Source of the DNA: Perna viridis
Lineage: Eukaryota
Direction: 5' to 3'
DNA: 64,000 nt
Assembly (NCBI GenBank): GCA_037379345.1
Contig: CM074516.1
Location: 248,001-312,000 of the forward strand
Position numbers and translations under genes: made by a program. Shown here piece by piece: positions 52,320-64,000 of this stretch; within the stretch, counting starts at the first letter, position 1, and each line of letters opens with the position of its first letter. The notes under the pieces are model-generated. The model was not told the origin of the DNA, did not search any database, and saw only the letters and a list, made by a program, of their open reading frames with translations.

Positions 52320-52492
52320 ATGTAAATGTTGATAACCCTGATAAGAAGTCAGTGATGATGTATTTGATGTGTTTCTTCCAAGTTTTACCACACTCCAACA
52401 TCCCTGATACTGAGTTACCTCCCCCTCAGCCTACACTGGTCCCCACCCCTACTGAGAAGTTCCAGTTTGCTGAACATGTCAAGAAATCAGAG
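52320..52492 (+). CDS. DMD: Dystrophin exon 8 equivalent, end of CH2 plus proline-rich hinge 1 (DVNVDNPDKKSVMMYLMCFFQVLPHSNIPDTELPPPQPTLVPTPTEKFQFAEHVKKSE)
   Basis: TTTTTTTCAG acceptor, GAG|GTAAGG donor. 173 nt, phase 1-0; PDKKS-MY...FQVLP motif. Confidence 0.95.
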
Positions 52493-52644
52493 GTAAGGTT
52501 CACTTGAATTTTATCCCTATGACTTCACTGTCGTCTGAGTCAATTTCTTTCCAGATTTGTTGTTGTCTCTAACATATCCATTCTTGTTATAGAGGTTTAT
52601 TTGCTATATAAACCTTTGCCAGACTAAGGACTGAACCCCTCCTT

Positions 52645-53595
52645 TATAGCTCACCTGGCCATAGGCCATATGAGCTATTGCCATAACTTGGTGTCCCTTG
52701 TCTGTTGTCATCGTTAACAGTTTTTCAAACATCTTCTCCTCTGAAACTACTGAATAGATGTGCAAGAAACTTATAATGATTGTTCCTTAGGGTATCCTGC
52801 ACAAAATTACAGTTTGGATTTTTGATCGGTTAAAAACATGGTCGCTGTTACTAAAAATAGAACATAGGGGTCAGACAGCAGATTTCTGCATGTATCTCCA
52901 AAACCTTTAGGTGAAACCAAATTTTGACTTGGGTGAAAGTATTCAGCATGATGAGATCTATCTGGTCAAGTTTTGGTGAAAATTTGTCAACCCATGTTGG
53001 AGTTATTACCCTTTTTTTACATTTTTGCTGTTTTTGTTACTTTTTAAAATCTTCTCCTCAGAAACTACTGTACAGAATTCAATAAAAGTTGGTATTTTTG
53101 GTTTTTTAGGGTATCCTTAACAAAATGAATGTCTGGATTTTTTATTGGTTAAAAAACATTGCCGCCTTTACTAAAAAAAGAACATAGCAGTCGTACAGTA
53201 TACATAGTTTTTTTGCATATATCTCCATAACCGTTAGGTTTTACCAACATCTTTCAATTGCTGAAATATCCTTATTATAAGGCCTACAAAGTCTTCAAGG
53301 ATCAAAGTTGTTAGACGATTCCATGTAAGGGTTATTGCCCTTGTGGGGTGAAGAAAATGACTTTTTTTACAGTTTTCAGCCTATATCTTGAAAACTATGA
53401 TAGATAGAATGAAACTTTCAATTGATGGAATGATTTTTATTATAAGGCCTACAAGTTTTCAGGCAACTCCATATAAGAGTTATTTCCTTTGAAAGGCAAA
53501 AAATTGTTTTTTACAGTTTTCAGTCAATATCTTGAAAACTATAGTAGATTGAATGAAACTTCCGATTGATGAAAGGATCCTCATCATAAGTCGTA
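52645..53595 (+). mobile_element. 3'-truncated HINE, same family as 40846-42082
   Basis: TAGCTCACCTGGCCATAGGCCATATGAGCTATTGCCAT start and shared internal blocks (GTTACTAAAAATAGAACATAGGGGTCAGACAG). Confidence 0.8.
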
Positions 53596-53760
53596 GAGAA
53601 TCTACTTGTTCATTGTTTTGCTGTTGTATCTATCTTACCAATGACAAATTATTAGTAATCTGTATTTTAAGCTGGATTTTAAGATAAATTTACATTATGT
53701 ACAAAACTCTCAAACTGAACTAATTTTAAAAGTTATTAGTCCAACATTTAAAAAGAATCT

Positions 53761-53792
<32 letters not shown>

Positions 53793-56404
53793 CAAACAAA
53801 CCAAAAAAAACAGCATTATATAGGGATCATTGTGTCTGTCAATTTGTCAGTCCATTTGTCTACCAGTAATTGTCAGTCCCAACTTCTAATTGGCAACTCC
53901 TCTGAAACCTCTTCATGGAATTTGATGAAGCCAGATTTTTTATTCTTGCCATTATGCATGTCCTATTTTGTTTTTCTATCTGAATGACTTATGGGGTTTC
54001 TTGATGCAAAAAATGAATTTGTCATGAGTAGACCAAAGGGAACCAACCCTCTCCTGATTGCAAGAACTCTGAAACTGCTGATTGGAATTTGATGAAACTT
54101 TCACAGATTCTTTATAACATGATGCTATTGTGCACCTCTTGTTTTTCCATTTGAATGTTAAAATCACTTATGGGGTATCCTGTATGGTTTTTGGGATTGT
54201 CACAATCCATACACAACTTTATAATGGTAATAAAGTGAAAGGCTAATAATTAAAACAAAATTAGGTATTTAATCTAAACCTATCTACACCAGCCTGACAG
54301 AAATGTTCCTGAATGTGTTATCAAATCTGTGCATAAAATTCTCTGTGTTCTGTAGTTCGTATAATCAGATTTAACTGTAAATAGAGCCTATAATGCCTGT
54401 AACATATTAATAGATAATGTTGTCTATAGATGGTACTTTTGTGTGGTTAAGGTCTTATCAGGAAGATTTGTCTAGAGTAAAAACTATGTATAGTACTTCA
54501 CAGTACTTTGGTCCAGTTTTAAGTCATTTACGATGAAGTGATTTGCTTGTTACTTGCTGATGTATAAGTTAATACCCTATTGCAAATAAATGATAGTGTA
54601 ACTGATACCTGTCCTTGATGGTGTAACAGATACCTGTCCTGAAGTGTTTTCTGTAGAATCTTAAGTGATGAGGTTCTCGATAAAAATGGGTCCTAATATT
54701 AATGTTTATCAAAAGGCAATTCACTCACATAAAATACTGTATACCTCTTAATAATGGTGTTTACCTCTAACTTTTACTATTATTAGACACATCTTTTAAT
54801 GTTATTGTTTTTCTCCATTTTTTGAATTTTTGTATCAGGAGTAGAATCAAAGTAAAAACTTCTTTTGCATTGTCTCATTTAAGTCATTTATAAGGGTGAA
54901 ATGTGAAAGTCATTTGGTCATTTTATGAGATATAAATGAAGGTCAAGGTCCTTTTCATTTAAGCCATTACTTCAGAAATTTATTTAACATACTGAAAACA
55001 AGAACTTACAATAGATGAAGAAATTAAAATATTTTTAAAAAGTAAAGGAGTAGACATAATGATAATAATATATATACGTCTGACTATGGTCTAGTGAACA
55101 AATTTACTATGATGTGAAATAAACTATGACATATGAACAATAGTATAATTGATTATGATTGGTAGAAATTATGTCATTTATTTTGGGATAATCAGAAAAG
55201 CACTGTAGATTATACCTGAGTTTCTCACCTGTGTTCAGTAAACAACGACCATTCATGTATTTATCGGAGGCGTATTTAATCTCTACCATGTTGAGATAGT
55301 TCGTTAGTTAATATAGTGATTGTCAAGTATTTGAATATTTTTGGAGTTATGATCATAATATGATTTTCCCAGTATCTTGTTGGTTCATTTTCGCAATGTC
55401 TTGATGCATTCATTTTGTACAACTTTCACATTATTGTCACAGCTCATTGATGTTGTGTACTGTGTTACATTTATTGTGACTTTGTGGTACCATGTAAAAA
55501 TAATTAGTTGTGCTAATTATCTATCTGGTTCTCCGTGTGATGGATATATTACTATGTGTTTGAATATTTTCGGAAGGAAATAACTTTATGAGGTTTTGAA
55601 ATTGACAGGTAGGCCTCTATTAAGGTGATGTATATGTCATGTTATAGTATTTATTGATAAAACCAGTTGAGACTATGCAAAGAAATGGTTACTACAAAAT
55701 ACTAATTAGAGTTTAGCACTTATGGCCCTCTATAGAATGTCTCTATCTTCAAAGCACTATCACTATTGCATTCAATTAAAGATATAAGAAGATTCCTTAT
55801 TGCTTCAGATTGATATTAGAGGAGACTGCATAGCTTTAGATTTGTTTTGTAATAATTTCATGCTTATTAAATGTATTTCGTTTGTAAACTTATTCCAAGT
55901 ATTATGTTGAATATTTTGGCATGGATCAGTGTTGATATTTTGACAGAGAAATGAAAGATACTGAAATATTTGGCAGATAACTTTGATGTTGATAGCAGTG
56001 GGTTGGGGATTTTGTATCTATTTGTTTAATACTAAACTTTCTACCTTACTGTAACAGACTATGAATATTTCAATTTTGTTCTGCAAATTCGCATTGAAGG
56101 CATTAACAGTATTATTTTATTGTGTTCATTCATTAGTGGTCAAAGGTTCTCCTACAAAAGTAATTCTCTCATTAAAAATTGGCCTATCTTGCATCCTATG
56201 TGTGAAAGATAGGCATGGATGTAGGCAGAATCATGACAGGGAAGTGCCTTTAAAAAAATTTAAAAATGATAGACACAGTATAAAATAAAAATGTGCGAAT
56301 TCATATTAGTAACTCAAAAAATTAGTAGGACATGTAAAATACTCCTTCAATTAATTTTGAAAATTATCAACAAATGCTCTCAAAAAATGTTTACCTAATT
56401 GATG

Positions 56405-56825
56405 AAGGATTAGGGGTAGGAACCTGACAACCTATGATCCGACTAACTCCTGGATCTGCCTCTTTGATCAAGGATTAGGGATAGGAACCTGACAACCTAT
56501 ACTCCTACTAACTCCTGGATCTGCCTCTTTGATCAAGGATTAGGGATAGGAACCTGACAACCTATACTCCTACTAACTCCTGGATCTGCCTCTTTGATCA
56601 AGGATTAGGGATAGGAACCTGACAACCTATGCTCAGACTAACTCCTGGATCTGCCTCTTTGATCAGGGGTTAGGGATAGGAACCTGACAACCTATACTCC
56701 AACTAACTCCTGGATCTACCTCTTGGATCAAGGGTTAGGGGTAGGAATCTGACAACCTATACTCCTACTAACTCCTGGATCTACCTCTTGGATCAAGGGT
56801 TAGGGGTAGGAACCTTTAACTCCTG
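56405..56825. repeat. Minisatellite, 65-bp unit
   Basis: About 6 copies of AGGATTAGGGATAGGAACCTGACAACCTATACTCCTACTAACTCCTGGATCTGCCTCTTTGATCA. Confidence 0.94.
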
Positions 56826-57320
56826 AATAAGTCTGTAACCGAAACAAACTGTTTATACCCACCACACAAAGGTCCAAGTTTCATGTCCATCTGCAGTCTA
56901 TACCCACCACACAAAGTGGTTAGGTCCAAGTTTCATGTCCATCTGTCCACTAAAAGCTGTTTGCTACATGGTGGCTTTCATTTAATGTCCTATCAGACAC
57001 TGTATCCTCCTTAAATCTTGTTGTAACTAGCCCTGGTTTCCTTCCATCTTTATAAGTCAATTAGGACTGGAATTTCCTTTAATGTCATATTGGATGTCAC
57101 ATTGCCATGATGTATGACTTTAATTTGATGTCACCTGACAATTCCATGCTGTGTTTTTCTTGCTTTTAAATCAAGTGTAAGTAAAACAGTTATTTTTTGA
57201 TAGATGTTACATTTAAACTGCTATGTATAGATGAGTTATTGGAGATTGTTATACAGAACACATTGGTCACACATACAAGTATATATGTATGGTATTGTAC
57301 ACATATTTAATGTCTTTTAT

Positions 57321-58209
57321 GGTTCTCAATAAGTTTTAAAGTAGGTGGCACTGTTGAGGGCCCTCAGGTGCAAACTGAGTGCTGAATTGATTCTAAAACT
57401 TCCCACATACGTAATCCGTGATATGGAATCAGTACTGTGTTTGAAAAAAAGAGGATTTGTCCGTTACAAAAACTCCGAATTAACCACGATTAAAGTTATT
57501 TTATTCGTACAGCTGATCTTGACAAAAAAACTAATCTACATTACAATAAACACCACAATTGAAGGTTTCTGATGCAATTTTTTTATGTATGAAAGAGTAA
57601 TCAAGGGAACCAAGGTTATAGAGGTAATCAAAAGAATGTAATCCAGGGACGAAGACCAGACATGGAAAACAGACATACACAACAAAGAACATAAAGTAAC
57701 TAAAATCATACATACAAAGTAACAAAAGCAAATGAGCAACACAGACTCCACTAAAAACTGGGAGCGTGGACCAGGTGCACCGGTAGGGTAAGCGTTTCTA
57801 GAAACACCTGCGAAGTGCTCATAAAAAGTTAAGTCTGGGTAGACAAACGAGGAAAGGAAAACTATGACTCGTTGAATAAATCAGTTTTCATGGTGCAGAT
57901 GGATACACCATAACGATCCATGAGTTCATAATGACGACCATAAAACTTCTGTAGTGATGACTTCAATCTTGTAGCAACATAACCCTGTTCCAGAAGCCTA
58001 TTTGTTAGAGTTCTAGCGGGATACAAAAAGTCTGCGTAGTTTCGGCAACCTCTGGCATAACATATGAGTTGTGATATGAACGTGATATGAAATGTGAAAT
58101 AACCAAACATTTTTTTTTCAATTTTATTTTTTTGAGCAACAAAATAGCTGGCGCCAATGTCAAAGTAGACGGCAAAATCGCCGGTCGCTGGGACTTATTG
58201 AGAATCCTG
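57321..58209 (+). mobile_element. TIR element carrying a nested retroelement fragment
   Basis: TIRs GGTTCTCAATAAGT / ACTTATTGAGAATCC; ends match the short copy at 37572-37714. Confidence 0.75.
57862..58085 (-). mobile_element. 5'-truncated Penelope-like retroelement RT C-terminus
   Basis: TFISQLICYARGCRNYADFLY..RLLEQGY..RLKSSLQKFYGRHYEL; matches the ISQL-RYAR-C..DF..LL-QGY..KFYGRH C-terminal region of this RT type (recognised from memory). Confidence 0.75.
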
Positions 58210-61200
58210 GTCTTTTGAAGTTTTATAATCCATCACTTCAAGGTTATTCAGTTTGTGTATTTGTTTGCTGTTTTTTTTTCTAGTAAAAATGCAAATAATA
58301 AATTTTTTATCAAGTTTTTATATATTAGACCTGCTGGTTGTAGATACAATGGACTGAAATGTTCCCTATCATCTTAAACTGAAATGAATACAGTGAAAGT
58401 CAGTGCACTAAACTGTTTTCTTTGTTTTTGGACCTGCCATTGTGCAATACACTGAGTACGTGAAATTCATCAGTCCTGCCGGTCCTGATTGTTAAAAAAC
58501 AGGGTTGTCAATGTCTTTATCATGAGCGACGGTTCGAGGACCACTGGTAAAAAATGGCTGTCACAGTGCTTTGTTGGTTTGATTATTTGTTTGGTTGTTA
58601 GATGTTGACTGGTTTGCGTAATTCCATTTCCGGTTTAACATCAGGTACCCAATTGTTGACATCGTGCTTATGACTAATGTGGCCTATTCAACACTTTACC
58701 AGTGCTGTTCCTGCTATACGACCAAACAACTCTCATATGTTCAGACAACGTCTATAAAAGATGATGATGATCATGGAGAAATGGCTGCGAAACGTAGCTT
58801 GAACTAGTTTTTTTGTGATTTTAACGTTAGATCGCAAAAACAGAAAAAATCAAGAGCTACAATTTAGCAGCAAATGGGGAAATGGACAGTGGGGATGACT
58901 TTGACTTTGAGCAGACTGAAGCAGAAAAACTTTTCATGGATTAAAAAATAAGCTTTTGAAGAATGATTATGATAAAATAAAATTATTGATATTCAGATAA
59001 TTATACTGATTCAAACTAAAGTTACTAAACTAATCACATGCATATTGGGAAATAAATAAACTTGTATTAATAGCCATTTCTGGAAACAGGTTGAAAAAAA
59101 AGCTCCACAACCAAGTCAATACAACAAAATGAAAAGCAACTTGGCATACCATTAAATCATTAAAGAATTTTAATTCGCTAACAGTAAATTTACAAAAATG
59201 ACTGGGACTGGCTAAATATCTGTGGGACTGACTGGACAATCTAACCAGCCAGTCCCATGACTGACAGGACAAAACAAGTTTTTGTGGACTCTGAATATAC
59301 ATATTTATCTCTTAAAACATAAAACACAAAATTTCCATGAACATGCATTTGAGCAGCCCTTAGCTTTCATACAGCCATGTTGTTTTTTAATGAGGTGAAG
59401 CACATGAAACCCTTTTTCCAGTATTTTTCTGTGACCTTACATATGTAAGTTAGAGTTACTCTTGAGGTAAAATCTTCCCCTGACAGGCTTAGAACATAGT
59501 CAATATTTTAATACACAACATAATATCTAAACATTAATAGACATGAACACAAATATTTGTATATACTGGTTAATCTTATGGAATAATGCCATTTAAATTA
59601 TATTGTCATTTCAACTAACAGAGAAGGCTTTAAGTTAGGTTAGTTATTTACATAATTCTCAGGAAACTTTACACATACTGGAGATTTTGATTTACAGTAT
59701 GTAGAATGATAGACTTATGATTTAATTTAATTAGGATATCTACAATGAACTGTAAACCTTTTCGTGGAATATTTATGTGTTATTTATGATGTCAGTCTAA
59801 TTTATAGTTGCTGTTTCCTTTTACATCTAACACTCACTTGCAAAGAAATAATTAATTACAGCACTGTATTCAATTACTGTATGTTTTTGTAAATTTTCTT
59901 AATTGCAGTTCTTTTTAGAAATTATTTTGAAAAAAGGTAAAATCAACTACTGAAGTCTTCAAAGTCACTAATCGTTAAATATTCGCTGTCACAGATTTTG
60001 GCTTAATTTCAACATTCGAAATGGTACAAATGCGATATGCTTTGAAATCGGGTGACTTCTGCTAAAACTTGGTTCCCTTGATATTATTGTATACTCTTTT
60101 GTAACTGTTATGACTTGAATGTTTTCAATCATCTGGAACAAGATTAAACAACTGGCAATGGCTATAGAACTGTTTATTCACCAATATAGGACCCATAGAG
60201 GGCATGATTACAGTACAATTTTTTTTACATAGAACAGTTTTGATTGAACATATATAATAACATATAATAGTTAATTTACAAACTAAATACAGATGTCAGT
60301 GTCCTGATAATATATATGACTTTTACATTATCAGTTGTAACAAATGCCTGTGTTTGATACGGAAACTGGGTAATATTACATTAATTCAATGCTAACCGAT
60401 CATTTTATCTTTTAATGTAAACTTCCCTTTCTAATACAAACAAAAAACATGCATAGACATGTGTATATGTTTTAAAGAAGGTATGTTGTAGCGATCTGTG
60501 GGTCGCTTATGGTATTGACCAGGGAACCAGTTTAGGAACCAGATTAAGCAGCTGGTAATGAATATTCATAAATATAGGGGCATGCTAATGTATATGACCT
60601 ATATAGTTTTGTAACAAGCCTCAGTGCCTGAATTTGAAACTGGGTAATATTCAAAGCTAACCGAACATTTCATGTAAACTTCCTGTTCTCTCACAAGCAA
60701 AAAACACACATAGAGCACATGTGTATGATATATAAGAGGTACATTTTTAAATCGTAAGAAGCTAGAACTATGATAGAGCGAAGATCTGCTGCATTTTGTG
60801 GCATATAAATACATATTTATGCAAATCATATGCGAATATTAAGTACTGAAATTCCGAGTGCAAGAAGTCTCTAACAATATTAGGAATTTAAACAGCTGTG
60901 ATTTTTTGTTGTTGTGTTTATTCACCAGAAGAGGAATTTTCTTGAAAATGAACTCTATGACATTTGAAATGATAAATACCTTAACCCATTTCTAAACTCA
61001 CAGAGAAATAGCTAATAATTATGTTTTTCATGTAATCAAAACATTATTTCAACAAATAGAGTGCACCTCTCCTGTTGTTCCAGATTTTAACCCTGACATA
61101 GATCAAAACAGTGAGTTGTCTTCTGTTTTACTTATAAATGTATAATACCTTGTCTTTAACCAATAGGAAGAAATATAATTAGGTTCTGTTCTGCCACTAT

Positions 61201-63417
61201 ATATGGACTTAACATTTGTTTTATATAAGGTTTACTATATTTCTTTGAACAAACAATACTTGAAGTCATTGAAGTTTGTGGTATTTGTGAGCTCTAAAAC
61301 TTATAAATGTGAAGATATGATACAACATACAGATATGCTTGAAGTTTAATTTTAGAGCAGGTAGTTGATGTTATTCTTTAGTAAACATTTTTAGTTTCTA
61401 GTTGCACAACTTCTTTATAAATCATATAATTATTGATCATTCATGATCTTAGCTGGATAATATCACATGTCTAGCCATTAGCTTTCTTAATTAACCAAAG
61501 ATAGATTACATTCATATAATTAAGATAACATATTTCTTGTTTGTTTATATATTAACTTTACAACAGAACAGTGATAATTACAATATATAACATCTTTGTA
61601 TACTGGAATTTTTGTCTTGACAAAGCATTTGACATCAGATGTGTGGACTTACATTTTTTAATCCCAGTCAGGGGTTGTTGTCTCTTTGATAGATTTCCAT
61701 TCCTTTTATATTAGTTCAGAAACTTTAATGGGGTCAATGTTAAAATTATTGGTTCAAAGGAGTAAGGATTGTACTATACCAGTTATAACATGCTGTATTT
61801 TTGGCAAGTTTTTTTTTAATATAAGCCAGGCATGCCTTGGGCATTAACTAATTTGACTTTGGAATGTGCACATAATAAACCTCCCTCAAAGAAGCAGAAA
61901 AAATGAAGACAAATTCTTAAGTACCCTACATCATACGATTGTCAATACACGTCAGTCATAAACAGGTACATGTATGATGTCTGGTACATATATATTGATC
62001 TACATCATATGTAAATTTATTGAATTTTGAGATATAGAAACATAATGGTCCTTTTTCATATTTATGGAATCTAATGTTGTCCAATGCTCCTATCAGACAG
62101 TCAATCAGTTAGGAATATGAAAAAGAACTTTTAAGGCTGCTTGCAATAGTCAGTATTACAGTAGGAAATTCTGCTCATAACATAAACTTTACTTAAGTTG
62201 AATATTTTATATAAAAATATAAACTTCATTAAAACAATATCTTATTATATGTATGATCTATTAATCAAACACACCCCTTCACCAGTTCATAAACTTCTAT
62301 CAGAATCATATCAAAATATTTGTAATTCTTTTCCACATATAGTATTCTGATAGATAGTATAGATTGCTGCATGTAATAACTAGTGATGATTCTAATCAGA
62401 CACAGATTTCTGGGTTTTAAGACATAATCCACCTATTAATACTTGTTTTGTGTCCTTCACCTTTGTGGATTGTTGGTTATGATTTAGTCTGTATTGGTAA
62501 TTAGCAGAATTATTTACCTTACACTTAGGAATTATCCTTCAACTTAAATATGAATGACATCACAATATAAAATTACATAGTTTCATTGATGTCAAAAGGT
62601 TATTTGGAGACAAATATTGGGTCATTGGAGCAAAATGACAAGAATGAATTCATGTGTTCTAGGGCAATCATATCACCTTTTCTGTCTGTCTGCCTGTCAT
62701 TCCATATCTAGGCTACTACTAATTGATTTTAGATTCGGTATATTGTTTCATAGTGATTGTGCATATGTTTTAAGTAATTTGTTTGATATTGACTTCCTGT
62801 TGAGTGGGTTATAAGATAACAATGTGTGTAGTTATAAGATAATGTAGTTTCATGCTTTTCCACACTATACCGGTATTTCAAAGTATAACAATTCTGTAAA
62901 CAAATGGCCCTACTTAATACTTAAGTCTTATTTAATGATTAATGTATGAAATGCACAAATCAGTCTCTGCATAGATGAAATATACTGTTCTCTTAGTAAT
63001 TCTGTGTTGCTCTGCCTGCCAAATTTGTGAAAAAAACTTGGATACAGGAAAAGTCCTATTTGTTTGGTAGAATAAAACTCTTGCCTCTTAAACCTGTCGT
63101 ATTCTCATTCAACTTTCATGTGTTGTCAAAACAAAAAGATTTTCCGATGTGTAATCATTTATGGTTCATGTAAGGTCAACCAAGTTTGGTAAACTGGGGA
63201 CAAATGTTTGGTTCAGTTTTCTTAAGAGTTATATTGACCCATATAAACAAAATGGTGACTATATACATGTAGAAGTTTTAAAAGAATGATAAGCTGAGGT
63301 TAAAGTACTTTTAAAAAGTTACAACATAACTGTCTCTGTTGCATTATATTTCCATTAAAATTTATCAGTGATACAAAATATGATTTAACAATGTTTGTTG
63401 GTGTTGTGCTGCCACAG

Positions 63418-63441
63418 GTCGCAACCATATTAAAAAGGGAG
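63418..63441 (+). CDS. DMD: Candidate 24-nt phase-0 microexon (VATILKRE)
   Basis: TTTAAC...TGTTGTGCTGCCACAG acceptor, GAG|GTAACT donor; open in phase 0, matching the exon 8 end. Confidence 0.4.
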
Positions 63442-64000
63442 GTAACTTCTATTGTCCATTAAATGGGGAAACTTTGACCAATATAGATATAACATACCAG
63501 TGGTAATAAATGGACTTTTGATTTCAGATTTTTGAAGTTAGCATTATTTGTTCTGCTTCTATTCATTTATCTTTTGTAGTAATTAACAGGTCTCTAAATA
63601 CATCAGCTATTTTATTTTTGTGATGTTTCATTCACAGACTAAATGCCTTTCAAGTTCAAATCAGTAAAGGAAATGAATTTAGCCTGAAATATTACATAAA
63701 CATCTGTGTTGTAATTGCTTACATGTAATTATCATCTGTTCAGAACGACTTAACTATTTTGTCAGTTTTTATTCCAAATATTTTGGTGCAAACATATTCA
63801 TCTCCAGTGCTAATAAAGATTAAAATAGATCCAAGGTGTATCCAAAGTACATTGCTGTGAGGAAACAGGGACTTTTCTATATTTTATTGTCAATTTTTTG
63901 TGAACTTTTTGATTGACTTGAATGCATCTTTGGTTGTTGGTAATTACAGTCGTTACTGTAGTACAAGATATATATGGTAATGTTTTGTAACCATTTGACT

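Noticed and set aside
29575-52492. Alternative identity as beta-spectrin, alpha-actinin, nesprin or plectin
   Set aside because: IILHWQ, QTN-E-LL-W-RQST, RPDLF, PDKKS-MY..FQVLP and the exon sizes 62/93/93/173 fit dystrophin/utrophin.
56405-56825. TTAGGG motifs as interstitial telomere
   Set aside because: One hexamer per 65-bp unit, not tandem telomeric repeats.
58400-59295. Possible additional DNA transposon relic (CpG-richer, GACTGG subrepeats at the right end)
   Set aside because: Could not identify a matching left TIR, a second copy or a coding remnant.
52493-64000. Exon 9 equivalent (first spectrin repeat)
   Set aside because: No recognisable spectrin-repeat coding exon found by eye; it probably lies beyond the window.

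Overview
AT-rich eukaryotic (invertebrate) genomic DNA. The repeat content (HINE/Helentron-type elements, Penelope-like RT relics, many minisatellites) suggests a mollusc, probably a bivalve; that is inference. The window holds the 5' part of a + strand dystrophin/utrophin-family gene. Eight small GT-AG coding exons (29575-52492) splice in frame into the tandem calponin-homology actin-binding domain, with sizes and phases closely matching human DMD exons 2-8, except that exon 6 is split by an extra intron. Two candidate alternative start exons (ATG 14256 and 20914) both end in phase 1, and there are two candidate in-frame microexons (29174-29206, 63418-63441). Introns are filled with minisatellites and non-autonomous transposons. 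The most striking unexplained pattern is that five of the eight core exons (3, 4, 5, 6b, 7) are each followed by their own tandem array whose unit is the exon's 3' end plus its 5' splice site. These form ladders of 'echo' donors running into the intron. Most ORF-track entries are artefacts of repeats. All coordinates were read by eye; repeat boundaries are approximate.
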